This document shows, piece after piece, positions 39,296-51,919 of a stretch of 64,000 bases of DNA; the first letter of the stretch is position 1, and the number at the start of each line of letters is the position of its first letter. Source of the DNA: Felis catus (taxonomy: Eukaryota); assembly GCF_018350175.1 (NCBI RefSeq), contig NC_058368.1, positions 74,278,001 through 74,342,000 of the forward strand. The letters are read 5' to 3'. The notes under the pieces are model-generated. The model saw only the letters and a program-made list of their open reading frames with translations, had not been told where the DNA came from and searched no databases. The position numbers and the translations under genes were made by a program.

Positions 39296-41093
39296 GGGTG
39301 CCTTCTGCTTTTTATTCCCACTGCCTCCATTGCCAGCTCCCACATTGATTTTCCTTTTAAGTTAGTTTTCCACCCATAACCATCACTGAATCCTAGTTCT
39401 TAGAATATTCCAGACCGATTTAAGATATATTTCAATAGATTCAGCCTCACAATCTGACAAGTTCTGAACATAAATCATGAAGCCCATGATTTATGGAAGA
39501 TCCTGGAGCTGGAAGCCAGCTTATCCTTCTGGGGTCCATTTGCACTAATATATTTTCCTCCTTTCGAGCTTTCAGAAAACTCTCAAACACACAAGGCTAC
39601 ATATTCAGCACCCTCTTTACCCTTTGAACCTGGCTCAATCCCCAGGATTGGTTTCAGATTAGTTAACATCTCTTTACCATCTTTCAGATTGTCAAGCATT
39701 ACCCTAGTATATTTGGGATCCCACACTAACCCAAGCACACATCTGGGACACTTCTCTATTCAGCGTCCTTCAGTATATAATCTACTTCTTACCTATGCAC
39801 ATCCTCAGGAAAAAGACCTGTTGTAATTGGACAGTGTCTTTGAAAAGACTTCCACTCAATAGGCTTCTGATTTTAATCCATGGTATGGGTTTCCCAGTGC
39901 TGTCCGGTGTTCAGTTTAATTGCATCAGTCAGAACTATGATGCTCTGTGTCATGTCTGAGATTGCTGCATTTTTAGACCCTATCCTAACTACTCTCCTCT
40001 GACACCAGGTATTATAACTGGTTTATGTCCTTTTGTTCACACCTTACCATAGTACTACATATAGCAATAGTACTAAATATAGCCATAAATATAGTAATAA
40101 ATATAAATATAGTAATAAATCTAATCCAGGAAGATTTAGATATTCTCCTCTCCCCTTCTCCCAACTGCCGTGATCCCAGAGTCCAAACAGAAATACCTAC
40201 CATACTGATTCAGGTTCTCAGTACCCCTTTGCTCTCTCTACAAAGCAATTGTTGTTTAATAATCTTTATTATTTATTTATCTTTCTGTAGCAATTCTACA
40301 CATCAATTTATGGCATTTCTGTAGAGTTGCTTTCTGCCCCATATGTATAAAAATTATATCCTGCATTTTCCAGTTCAAATCAAATTCCAAGAGGAAACCT
40401 AACCAGAGTTTGACTATGGGAATGAGGAAAATCACTCACTTTCTAAAGATTTTATTTCTCTGCTTTCTAATCTGATGGTTTTAATACCTCAGAAAATAGT
40501 ATAATAATTTACATGAGGTTGCTCTTTGTTATGCTTCATCAAAGGTCAATTATTAAAGAATATTACTACATTAATTCTGAGTGGATGCCAACTTGTGTCA
40601 TTTAAGTATAATGAATACACAATAGAATTTAATTGTGCTCAGTATCTTTCAGAAAAGTCTCAGTGGTTATTATGGCAATAAAAATATCATATTGATGTTG
40701 GTTAGGCATTAATAATTTTTATGATTCATTAAGAACACACATTTTGATATGGTATGCCCACCCTTCTCGTCCTCTCTTTTCCAATGTATTAAAATGGAAA
40801 TAGTCAACATAAAGTTAATAAACACACGTAAATCTGGTCGCTACAGAAAAGTCAAGGATCTATGTAGGTAATTACCTTGATGCTCTCAATACTACAAAGA
40901 CAGGAAATTCAGAAATTATGCCAAGCTTTCAATGATAAAGAATAAAAGACAATCTTATTTTAAATTATAAAGTCACCTCTAAGACATGAGGCAGAACCTT
41001 GAATCACACACCAATTACAAACTTGCCTATATTATATGCAAAATGAGCTTTCTGAAAATATATATCAGAACCTGTATAAAAAAAAGTGATACA

Positions 41094-41332
41094 GGGGTGC
41101 CTGGGTCGCTGAGTTGGTTGAGTGTCTGACTTCAGCTCAGGTCATGATCTTGCAGTTTTTGAGTTTGATACCCTGCATTGGTCTCCGTGCTGACAGCTCA
41201 GAGCCTGGAGCCTGCTTTGGATTCTGTGTCTCCCTCTCTCTTTGCCCCTTCCCTGCTTATGCTCTGTCTCTCTGTCTCTCACACAAAAATAAATAAGCAT
41301 TAAAAAATGTAAAGAAAATAAATAAAAACTTT
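41094..41332 (+). mobile_element. CanSINE
   Basis: TSD AAAAAAGTGATA(C/T)A at 41080-41093 and 41333-41346. Confidence 0.96.
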
Positions 41333-41489
41333 AAAAAAGTGATATAAATTTGATATGGGTGGTTTCAAGGTAAAGAGTAAGAACATATCATATATTTAAA
41401 AATCACTAATAAAATAAATTCATGGAAATATAAAGAAAAAAGGAAAAAATGAGACTGAATAAAGAAAAAATATAAAGGGAACACTTTTT

Positions 41490-42000
41490 TCTTTCATTCA
41501 ACAAATATAAGCGGAACAAAAATATAGAATAGTTAACAAGACAGAGACAATTCTTACTTTGTAATATTTGCTATGTTAGTAGGTGAAGGCAAATTATAAG
41601 CTATAAAATAAACATGAAATTTCCCAGACAGTGGTAACTGATCAAAAGCAGATAAAATAGAGGGTGAATGGGCAAAGAGGGAGTCATTACTAATTGAGTG
41701 TCACATCTTTCCAGTAGGACAATGAGTGGAGAGCAAAATGCCAAGGGTCAATTCTGAGAAGATTTTAGGCAATATCAAGTGCAAAAGGCCTTCGGATGGA
41801 AATGAGAGTTGATTTCTGAAGGAGATAGAAAGAAACTAATGCATTTTAATAAAAATGAAGGAGGAAAGAATGGCATGAAATTAAATTGGAAAGGGATAAT
41901 TTCATGTAGAATCTTATAGACCATGTCAGGGCGTTTCACCTTTGTTCTAATATTTTATTAAGATATTGTCTTCCTTAAGCTAAGAATAATGTTTGACTAG
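41490..42000 (-). mobile_element. L2 3' fragment
   Basis: Starts TTCATTCAACAAATAT; CAAGTGCAAAAGGCC and TCATGTAGAATCTTATAGACCATG. Confidence 0.6.
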
Positions 42001-42180
42001 CCTTTGACCATCAAAGTCTATTTCTGTATAATATAAAACAAATGTGTCCTGAGAAACACAGACACCTTCGTACTCTTTACTTATTATATCTGATGGAGAA
42101 AAAATATGTACATATATACATTAATATATTTTTATTGGATTTTTTTGCATTCCATTGAGCCAAACACTGTCTAAAGTTTT

Positions 42181-42406
42181 TTTTTTTTTTTTTTAATTTT
42201 TTTTTCAACGTTTATTTATTTTTGGGACAGAGAGAGACAGAGCATGAATGGGGGAGGGGCAGAGAGAGGGAGACACAGAATCGGAAACAGGCTCCAGGCT
42301 CTGAGCCATCAGCCCAGAGCCTGACGCGGGGCTCGAACTCACGGACCGCGAGATCGTGACCTGGCTGAAGTCGGACGCTTAACCGACTGCGCCACCCAGG
42401 CGCCCC
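42181..42406 (-). mobile_element. Young felid CanSINE
   Basis: TSD CTAAAGTTTT at 42171-42180 and 42406-42415. Confidence 0.97.
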
Positions 42407-43135
42407 TAAAGTTTTAATTATACCTACATAGTACAACATTTCCTTTAGAAAACAGGTGAGGATATTTTCATAGATGGCTAACGTTATTGAACAAACCATA
42501 GTTTTTTTGTGAAATTGACTGTAGCACACTCATAACTACTTAGGTAAATCATGTTGGGGAGCCAATTGGAATGCGCCAGATTGAGATGCAGAGATTTCCA
42601 TGTTCCTCCAAGATGTGACCTCAAGCACCGTCGGTGGGAAGAAAGAATAGTACTGCATGTGCCCATGCCAATCAGTGTGAATGTAACTTAATTTGTTGAT
42701 CTGGACTTTTGCTTCTCAGCTGCTGAAACTTTAAGAGCATAAACACTAGGGAGTTGGATTTACAGTGCATAAAAATTCTGGTGCACCTACTGCTTCACAC
42801 AATATGAGAGAATAAAATACAACAGCCACCTTTTATATGCCTGCCATTTCTTAACACCACTCCTTAGGCTGTTGCCTCCATGGCCGAGGATTTGTCTCCC
42901 TTGAGGGTTTCCTTGGCACAGCAAACAAGAGACTAAACATGTTATTTGTACCAAATATGTTGATCACAACAAAAAGGCATCTTTTTTATTATTATTATAA
43001 AGTAATATATACCTGCAAAAATAACAGTTTTAGTGTTGTTATAATATATCCCTCTGAAACGTTGGGACTCTTCCAAACTGAACAAAGAAATTCAGAGATC
43101 AATGATACTGCTCAATTTTAGCACTAAAATAAACT

Positions 43136-43307
43136 GGGAGCGCCTGGGTGGCCTGTTGGTTAAGCGTCGGACTTCAGCTCACGTCTGGATCTAAGAGTTT
43201 GTGAGTTTGAGCCCTATGTCTAGGCTGAGCCTCATATTCTCTATCGCTCTACCCCTCCTCTGGTCATGTTCTGTCTCTTTCTCAAAAATAAATAAATGTT
43301 AAAAAAT
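43136..43307 (+). mobile_element. CanSINE (internally deleted, diverged)
   Basis: Head and tail present; TSD approximately TAAAATA(A/G)AC. Confidence 0.9.
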
Positions 43308-43602
43308 TAAAATAGACAGAATCAGATGACTTCCTAATGTATTATTTGTTTATGTGTGTAGTCACATTCAACACCATGATTTATTAATTCACTTAGACCA
43401 AATGCAGGATGTACAGCAAGTTACCGAGGATTAGGAACTTCAGGCTCCCACGGGTCTGGTATATTTCTTCTTTTTGTGTTTTATTTACAAATAAGTTATT
43501 CAACGTTAAATACTGTATTGTGCAAATTTTAATGCAGGTATTCTAAATATCAGGTTATAGCAGCAGTGAATGATTGTTTGGGTCGTTACTTTACTTCATT
43601 CA

Positions 43603-44246
43603 TGTTGGTCCGAAGGGGATAGGTTGTAGGAAGAAGACGCGACAGCTCAGACCTAAATAAAACAACCCGGTGGGGGGCACCTGGGTGGCGCAGTCGGTTA
43701 AGCGTCCGACTTCAGCCAGGTCACGATCTCGCGGTCCGTGAGTTCGAGCCCCGTGTCAGGCTCTGGGCTGATGGCTCAGAGCCTGGAGCCAGTTTCTGAT
43801 TCTGTGTCTCCCTCTCTCTCTGCCCCTCCCCCGTTCATGCTCTGTCTCTCTCTGTCCCAAAAATAAATAAACGTTGAAACAAACAAACAAACAAAAAAAA
43901 AACACCAAACAACCCGGTGGCCTAAGAAACTAAAAGTTCATTTCTCCCTCCCACTGGACAAGTTGGGGTAGGTGTTCCGCCCTACGTCATCCTCGCTGGG
44001 GTACCCGGGCCAGGGGAGGCTCCGCCTCTACTCTGTGAGTCTATGATCTCCCTGGAAGGAGAAAGGGATCATGGGTGTTGCCCCCTGGCTTTTGAAGGTC
44101 CTGCCCGGAAGTGAGGCACGCCATTTCTGCTTTTATTCCTTGGCCAAAGCGAGCTCTCATTTCGAGAAAATGGACACTTGCAGTTTTACTCTCTGCACAG
44201 GGGGCAAAGCAGAAATCCTTGATGAGCAATGCTGACGACCACCACG
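43603..44246 (-). mobile_element. MaLR LTR (MLT1J-like) interrupted by a SINE
   Basis: AAAGTTCATTTCTC...CTGCCCGGAAGTGAGGCACGCCATTTCTGCT...TTGGCCAAAGC...GACCACCAC. Confidence 0.6.
43674..43906 (+). mobile_element. Young felid CanSINE
   Basis: TSD AAACAACCCGGTGG at 43660-43673 and 43907-43920. Confidence 0.97.
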
Positions 44247-44787
44247 ATTTCTGCTTTTTCCTTGGCGAATCCCAGAAATGTGCGCAAAGTCCTATTTTCC
44301 AAGCACTTATTCGTGCTTTATCTTCCACCAACATTTTTAGCCTCATCTTCATCCTCCCTCCATACCTGGGTGTATTCATTTCAAAATTCCTATTGTGCTC
44401 TCAACGTATCACTCAGTGCATTTTATCTTCGTGATTCTTCACATACTGTTCCTTTTTCATTTTATGTCTGACATTTTCTTCTTTTCCTCTTTTTCCTGAT
44501 GTTCTCAGAATCATTCTTTAAGACATATGTCAAGTTCCAGCTCTTCTGAGAATCTTCTTGACTTTCCCGGGTCAACTAAATTGCTTTCTTCTAAGGAGTC
44601 ACCATGTGTGTAAAAATATAGGATTATTTTAAGTTTTTTTTTCATGGAGGGTTTAAGTCCTGTGACATCAATTAAACTATTAATATTAATCAATAATATT
44701 ATAATATAGCTTTACTTGACATCATCGTTCCATTATCTATGATCAAATTATACAAAGCTCTCCACTTGTCCAAGATATTTCATTACA

Positions 44788-45372
44788 GGTCAAATGTTGA
44801 CAAAATCCTACCCACAGGCCAAATCCCTCAAGCTTCCTGCTTAACATAAAGTCTTATTGGAACACAGACATATTTGTTTATGCATTATGTATGCCTGCTT
44901 TGGGGCTATAATAGAAAAATTGAGAAATTGCAACAGAGACTGTATTTGCCAGTAAAATATTTACTATGTAACTATAATGGACTGAATGCTTGTGTCTCTA
45001 CTCCCAAATTCATATAGTGAAATCCTAGCATCCAAAATGATGGCATTAGGAGATGGGGCCTTTAGGGGGTGATTAGGTCATGGGGTCAGAGCCCTCATAA
45101 ATGAGATTAGTGTTTTCTAAAAGCGACCCCAGGGAGCTTTTGCCATCTTTCTATCATGTGAGGACACAATAAGATGGCAATCTGCAACCAGGAAAAGGTC
45201 TTCACCAGAAGCTAACAATGCCAGCACTGTAGTCTTGAACTTCCACCTCCAGATGTGAGAAAAAAATATTTTTGCTAATTACAAGACATCCAGTCTATGG
45301 CATTTTGTTATAGCAGCCTAAGCAAACTCTTAGGGACACTGCTGCTTTACCAGAAGCCTGCAGACTCCTAAC
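44788..45372 (+). mobile_element. MER58A-like hAT element split by an LTR
   Basis: ATAAAGTCTTATTGGAACACAG...TTGCAACAGAGACTGTAT...AAAATATTTACTAT; short remainder after 45339. Confidence 0.75.
44973..45338 (+). mobile_element. MLT1A/A0-type solo LTR
   Basis: ATGGACTGAATG...GATTAGGTCATG...GAGCCCTCATAAATGAGATTAGTG...CATGTGAGGACACA...TTTTGTTATAGCAGCC. Confidence 0.88.
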
Positions 45373-46059
45373 CTAAGTGAAATGTGATCTTCACAGTATA
45401 TGAAAGAAGGGAAGAAATTCAACATTTGCTAAACAACTTTTTCTATTAGACATCGTGTTGTATGCTTTATCACACCCAAGTTGTATGTTGCCTGAGCTAT
45501 ACAACCACCTCCTTGATTTTTCTGCTTCAAGCCTCTTCAGGCTTCATTTGAAAGATTAACCTTGCCATTCAATCTCTCTCCTATCTTAAAAGGCAACCTT
45601 ACATGGTAACCTCATTTTAAAAAAAAAATCAGTCTTCTCATGCAAAAACCGTTGCAATAATGCCAACCCAATACATTAGATATATATTTCTTTTCTTTTT
45701 CTTTTTTCTCTTTTAACCTAACATGACATCCCGCACTGTAATCAACTGGATGGTAAGATATTGGTCAAAAACAATGAATGGTCTCCAGGATCGTGTTTCT
45801 TCTGTTGTTCTATTCAACCTCGATTTTGTGTTGCATCAGTGTTCCTTTATCTACTCCTTACCTTGCCTTCAAGTTTGTAATACAGCTAATATTTTCTCCT
45901 AAATGTTTCTTGATGCCAAAGGTACAGATGTGAATTTCTATAAAGCTATTTATATCTCATGAAAATGATCACATCTTGCTCATTAATAGAGTGATTTGTA
46001 TAATTGCTAGTTTCCTTTATGGATTCGTTTGGTCAAATGTACCAGTTCTGGATTTTTAG

Positions 46060-46200
46060 CCCAATAGACCAGGGTTCATATTCCAACTTATTCCCTTACT
46101 CCCCATTCCCTTATGAACTAGGGCAAATCATCTTATTGTGAGCAGTTTCTTCATTTGTATAACTGGAGTTATAGTACTTTATAAGAATATAATAAAGACA
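46060..46200 (+). mobile_element. MIR
   Basis: GGGTTCATATTCCAACT...GGGCAAATCA...CAGTTTCTTCATTTGTATAACTGG. Confidence 0.6.
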
Positions 46201-48944
46201 TATATAGAACACATATCTTTTACATACCCAATACATCTATCATGTATCTATCTCTATTATAATATTTCTATTATCTATCTATCCATCTATCTTCTATATT
46301 TCCATCTGAGTTTAGAACAAAGCAAAATGACTTGATGCATAAAAGATAGCTGTCTCTGGAATAGGAGTAATGTGAATATTGAGTCATAAACTTTACAAAT
46401 TAAATGTGCTGCTTCTTGCCCCGAAGCTCACAAATAATGAGAATATTATTAAAAGATGACTATAAAAGAGAACATAGATATGAGTCTGTTATTTCCGAAA
46501 TGGATATTTTTTCCTAGTGGCGTTTGTTTGGAAATTGATCTTTATTAACCCAACCTATGTAAGTGTATATTCTTTATAGTGTTGAAAAGAGAATGAAAAG
46601 ACGGAACTAACAGAGATATAGAATGATTACGAAGCCAGTTCAGTTCCATCGTTGAGTGCAGATTAACCATTTTGGTTATTGGCCAGTGTAGCTTCCATGG
46701 TCAGCCAGCTCAAAAACAAATATGTACACTGAGGTCTTGATCCTTTGCTATGTTAATAATGTTGAGTTTCCTTAGAGGATTGGTTGACTTAATATCTTAG
46801 CAACTAAAAAGATATTTCAGCTTTGATAAGAAGGTTCAAAGGGCAAGAAAGAAATGAGAGTTGATTACTTTATCCCAGAGATTACTAACTAGAAACGAAA
46901 CTCACGCAAGTACTACTTACTTCGCTGATAAGATTAAAAAAAGAAAAAAAAAAAAAGAAAAAGAAAAAAAAAGCTTTGATTAGAATATTGTTAGGTAATA
47001 CATTGCTGATTGAATCATGTAAGTTAAAATAAAGAGCTGAGACTAACAAGCTCAAATATCTATGTAATGGGTATGACACTCTAAATGACAAGAATTTTTA
47101 GGTAACGAACTTGAATTATAGTTGAGTGAAAAAAGTTAAATCTTTTACCAAACGTTCCGTTAATGAAGTCATATTGTTTCTCGATTTCCACATGCAAGTT
47201 TCAAAAGTTGAACATGACATTTTTAACTTCTCCTTCACCATAATACTTGTAGGGAATTGCTTTTTAAAATTTCAATGTAAAAGCATTGATTTTGTATTTA
47301 GTTGTGCTTTTTTTTTTCTCTTGATAGCTTTTCCTTTGTTAGACTTTAAGTCTACAATTTGCAAAATCAATAAAAACACAGCTTTCCCCAAGAAAGAAAA
47401 GCCCTCCAGAGGTTTACCTGAGAGTGTCTCGGGCATGATTTCTGTGACCTTGAACTATTTGTAAAGTACCAGTGGTGACTTTTCAGAGTGTCACATCAAA
47501 ATTGGTTTTCCGTCTCCAAGGAAGGTTCAGCATGTAATGTCAGTAACAGCTGGGGTAAAGGCAACAATTATATGTCAGCTCTGCTTTCTTTTCAAAGAGA
47601 GCATTTTCCCAGGCTGACACATTGCTGGGGAGAAAAAGGACACACACAAAAGTTTGTTTTCATTTTCAATTATTTTTGGAGATATGAAGCCCGTGACGTG
47701 CCAATAATAGTAACCAAACAAAAATTGACATTGGTGACCATAAGATGTAGAAGCTACAGCGGTTAGTACACATTCGGGTTGGCCTCTTTCCATTTTATGA
47801 GTTTGGAGGAGAGGAAGGGAATAAATCCAGAAAGCCATACCCATTTAATAAGATTTTTTTAGCTATAAAAATACACACACCCCTACGCCTTTGAAACTCC
47901 CACCGTTTAAGGAATATAGAAATAATTGCTCAGCATGAAATCATTGCAAAACAGTTTAAGATTGACTTAAGCAAGTATCCTCACCCTTTATGAAGCCTAA
48001 GGCAATGCCATTGTTCACACATTATAGGCCCTTATTTGTGCTGTTTGAGAACTAGCGGTAGAAAGATCACTGTGAAAGGAAAATGCAGAAACTCAGCTAC
48101 AACTAATTAATGTTTAATCTACACTTTATAAAATGTAAAAAAAGAAAACTGTTTCATTTATTGAAAACAGTTGTGTGGGCTCACTGGCAGGAGGAACTGC
48201 TATGTTATGTTATGAAATCATCAGAGGGAAAACCCTCTAATGCGCTTTTCATAACACTTAAAGGAGGTATTCTAATATCACGGAAACCTTGGGGGAAGGT
48301 TGCAGACAAAAAGCAACATAATTAAATTTCAGTTAAAGGCCTGCCAGAAAGGGATTAAATCAATGGTCCTCTTATTCTTGGTAAACTTGACTGTGGGGGC
48401 TCACCCAACAGGGTAAACACCAATCAGGACATGCTGTCTTGATTGAGGTTTTGCTTGATCAGGATTTGCAACTATTTCTTTTCAAAACTTCGTATAGATT
48501 TTTTAAAGGTAAGGGTCAAATGCTGTTGTGGTACTGATGAAAACGCAATGACATCTTAGCCGAATGTCGTTGATTTGAATGGGCGTTGTCTTCTATGTCG
48601 GAAAAAGAAGCTGCTGGAGAGAAGAAGAAAACATTTACATTCTGATCATCCTTGGTTTATGACTTATTTCAGGCTGTCATTTATACTGGGCCACATCCAG
48701 GTTTGTTTGTTCGTTGGGTCTGAATATTTTCCCTTTTAGAACTTTGCCCCAAGCATTAATTCCGTCTTCTCAAATAATTTTAGAGAGAAATAGGTGAGCT
48801 TTACACCCACTGAGGTGCCCGGTAGGAGACCCGAGTAAGCATGAGCAAATAAACATGTTTACCAAGCTCATGTGTTGAAAGACCGGTAGGACAAGATGGC
48901 TACCGATCCTTCCTCTCCTTCCATACATTGGAAAACAAACAAAC

Positions 48945-49288
48945 AACAAACACCATGAACCCGGAGGGCATTATGCTAAGGGAAATAAACCAGTATGCAA
49001 AGATGATTACTGCATGATTCCAGTCATATGAGGTGTCGAAAAGAGCCAATCTCATAGAAACAGAAAGTAGAATAGTTGTTGCCAGGGGCAAGGGGGGGGA
49101 GGCATGGAGAGGGGGTAAATGGGCTGTTCAAAGCACATAGAGTTTCTGTTATGCAAGATGAATACATGCTGGCCCTCTGCCATACAGCACGGTGGCTTTA
49201 CTGAACAATACTGTGTTGTTCACTTAAATTTTTGTGAAGAAGGTGGACCTCATATTAAGGGTTCTTCCCACAATTAAAAAAAAAAAAA
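48945..49288 (+). mobile_element. L1MA/MB 3' end, 5'-truncated
   Basis: GGAGGGCATTATGCTAAG...CTCATAGAAACAGAAAGTAGAAT...TTATGCAAGATGAATA...CACAATT followed by poly-A. Confidence 0.85.
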
Positions 49289-50152
49289 GAAGTGGGAAAA
49301 GAAAAGAACCAAGTTCTCCCTGACCACGCATGACGAAGGAAACAGTGGCGTTGTTTGGATGGTCCACAAGCCATTGAAATGAGGCCCGTAAACAATTGAG
49401 GTACTATAGGTGGGTGGAAAGGGAAGGGTTAATAGGACACAATCATTAAAAAAAAAAAAACCTACCATGTTTATTTGGATAGAGCATTTGAAGAGAAAAC
49501 TAGTTGGAAAGTTTTTCTTTGCTTGCCTAAAGCCACGGAGCTCTAAAAATTCTGCCATTTCAGCTGCAGACAGGAATTCATGGAAATTTTGAGCCAGACA
49601 TTTTTCCTGAGGGCATTCACAAAACATCCCCAGCAGTGCACACATTTAAAGACATTTGAGCAAAAGGAAAGAGAAATAAACGTCGCTACACATTGCAAAC
49701 ACGGCTGATGAAGTCTATGTGCCTTCAAAATTTAACTTGGGAGCATTTTAGCTATCGACCCCAAGAATGCTTGAAATAATGTATCAGCTCTGAGACGAGA
49801 AAAAGTCTGGACATTAAGGGAGGAGATTGAATCAATGAGGGATACAGAGGCAGATGGGAGGGGGCCAGAACCAGATGAGAACAGAAAAGGGCTGGTCTGG
49901 GCCCAAATCCTTCATTACACTTAGCTAAAGACATTACCGATATTCCAGTGATGGGCTTGATATTTAATCTCAGGCACAGGAAGTAGGAATATGCATGCAG
50001 TGTGCATTATTAAATACCATATATATGTATATATACACACACACACAAGTAATACTAAGATATGTATATCTTAGTGCTTTACATGTTTTACATTGTACAT
50101 ATATACTCATAAATTTATCGTTAATTAAAAGTTTTATCCTGTTCCATGAATT

Positions 50153-50381
50153 TTTTTTTATTTAAAAAAATTTTTTTTAACGTTTATTCATTTTTGAGAC
50201 AGAGAGAGACAGAGCATGAACAGGGGAAGGTCAGAGAGAGAGGGAGACACAGACTCTAAAACAGGCTCCAGGCTCTGAGCTGTCAGCACAGAGCCTGACT
50301 CGGGGCTCGAACTCACGGACCGCGAGATCATGACCTGAGCCGAAGTCGGATGCCCAACTGACTGAGCCACCCAGGCACCCC
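50153..50381 (-). mobile_element. CanSINE
   Basis: TSD TCCATGAATT at 50143-50152 and 50382-50391. Confidence 0.97.
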
Positions 50382-50759
50382 TCCATGAATTATTTTATAT
50401 TACAAAAATTGTCCAGATATTTTTAATGGAATATTTCTTGAACTTTACCTGTAATCACAGTGCACAGACCAAAAGTACATAACCCAGGTAAACCTAGCTC
50501 TTCAAAAGGGTTGCCCACAGTGAGTGCCCTTGACAGTGAAGTATGGTTTTCCAACTGCCTGTAGACACTGCTTTTGTGTTTCTGCATGACATAGGGAGCC
50601 AATGCTGATATTCACAACCCACCTGACTCCTTTGCTCTAAGCTCTGTGCATGTGCCCGTAACAATCCCCAAAGAACGATTCCCTCTAGTTTACTTAAATT
50701 AGTTAAAATCTAAAGCAATACAGGAAATGTTAGAAAATGACATTAGTTCTAACCTTTTA

Positions 50760-50881
50760 CCTTTCTTTCTCTCTCTTTCTTTCTTCCTTCCTTCCCTACC
50801 CCTTCTTTTCTTTCTCTTCCTTCCTTTCCTTCCTTCCTCCCTTCCTTCCTCCTTCTCTCTTCCTTCCTTCCCTTCCTTCCT

Positions 50882-50937
<56 letters not shown>

Positions 50938-50955
50938 TCCCTCCCTCCCTTCTTC
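50760..50955. repeat. Polypyrimidine (TTCC)n/(TTTC)n tract
   Basis: Read directly; perfect TTTC array at about 50881-50938. Confidence 0.95.
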
Positions 50956-51289
50956 GTGTCTGTCTTTCATAGAAAACAAAAGGAGCAAGGGCATACTATA
51001 TAGAAAAGGAGAAAGATAACTTTAGATGAGTTATTAAGGCCACTGACCCAATACGCCAAGAAGTGACACCACAGCTCATTTGAGATCCAAGAGACTTGAC
51101 ATAAATTAATTTGCGTGTCATGGAACAGTAAAATCTCAGACATTTTGTAACAATTATATTGCCGCAGAAATGAAGGCCAGGGTTTGTATTTCATTGCCTG
51201 CCTGCTCAGGTCTAGAGGCAATTTAAAGTAGCATCAGACTTTTACATTTTCATGGAACCTGACACTAATTCTCTAAATAATCCACTAAG

Positions 51290-51525
51290 CTGCGTTATGC
51301 ACTTGCTGCGTGGCGACCATCACCCTGAGTGTCTCACATCTGTTGTGTCTTATCTTCGCAATGACGCTATAACGTAAGAAGTATTTGCTTCTTCATTTTG
51401 AAGATGAAGCAACTGAAGGTCTGCTAGGTTACGTAAATTGTCACAAAGCTACTAACCGGTGGGGGTCAGAACCAAACATGCCTGTCTGACTCCAGAGTCT
51501 GGGCTGTTAAATCTCTATCACTTGC
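51290..51525 (-). mobile_element. MIR
   Basis: CATTTTGAAGATGAAGCAACTGAAG...CTGTCTGACTCCAGAGTCTGGGCT. Confidence 0.7.
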
Positions 51526-51919
51526 TTTCCTTTTGTACAGCAATGTTATAAAATTTAAATAAGGGGCACAAAGCACATTTTCCAAATGATGGATGTGACC
51601 GTGTGTGCCCTCCATGATGATGGACCGCGGAAAAAACATTCCTCTAGAGTTTCATGAAATGTGGGTGACAGTAAAGATATTTTAGTTCCAGGTTTGATTC
51701 AACAACAAATCAGGGGAATTATTTCAGAACTAAGCCCGTTAAACAGCCTTAAAGCAATTGCAACCATATCCTCAGAAGTAGTTTTTGCCAAGTGCGTTGG
51801 GATGACTTTGGAGTCCGACCCTTTCGGATTCTAGAAGGAACAGATCATCTTGATATTTACTGAAGATCAACAATGCACAGGTGTGTGTTAGATTCTTAAA
51901 AATTAAAAAAAATCACAAA

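Larger units (their letters stand above)
37890..39830 (+). mobile_element. Long degenerate L2 region, interrupted by two SINEs
   Basis: Pyrimidine-rich L2-like text, e.g. GAAACTACTTTTCTATAGGGTAATAATGGCC and CTCCCTCAGTGCAGCAGTTTTGATCAC. Confidence 0.5.

Noticed and set aside
39283..39300. CACCCAGG-CA-CCTGGGTG palindrome at a SINE 5' end; also a 10-bp palindrome at 50054-50075
   Set aside because: Short; explained by SINE head self-complementarity plus chance or AT richness.
44206..44257. 12-bp perfect inverted repeat enclosing TGATGA...CTGA (box C/D-like)
   Set aside because: Boxes are only 6 nt apart with no guide region; the left arm and loop are the decayed end of an MLT1J-like LTR.
50727..51003. 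F/L/S-rich and K/E/R-rich ORFs
   Set aside because: Translation of the TTTC/TTCC simple repeat.
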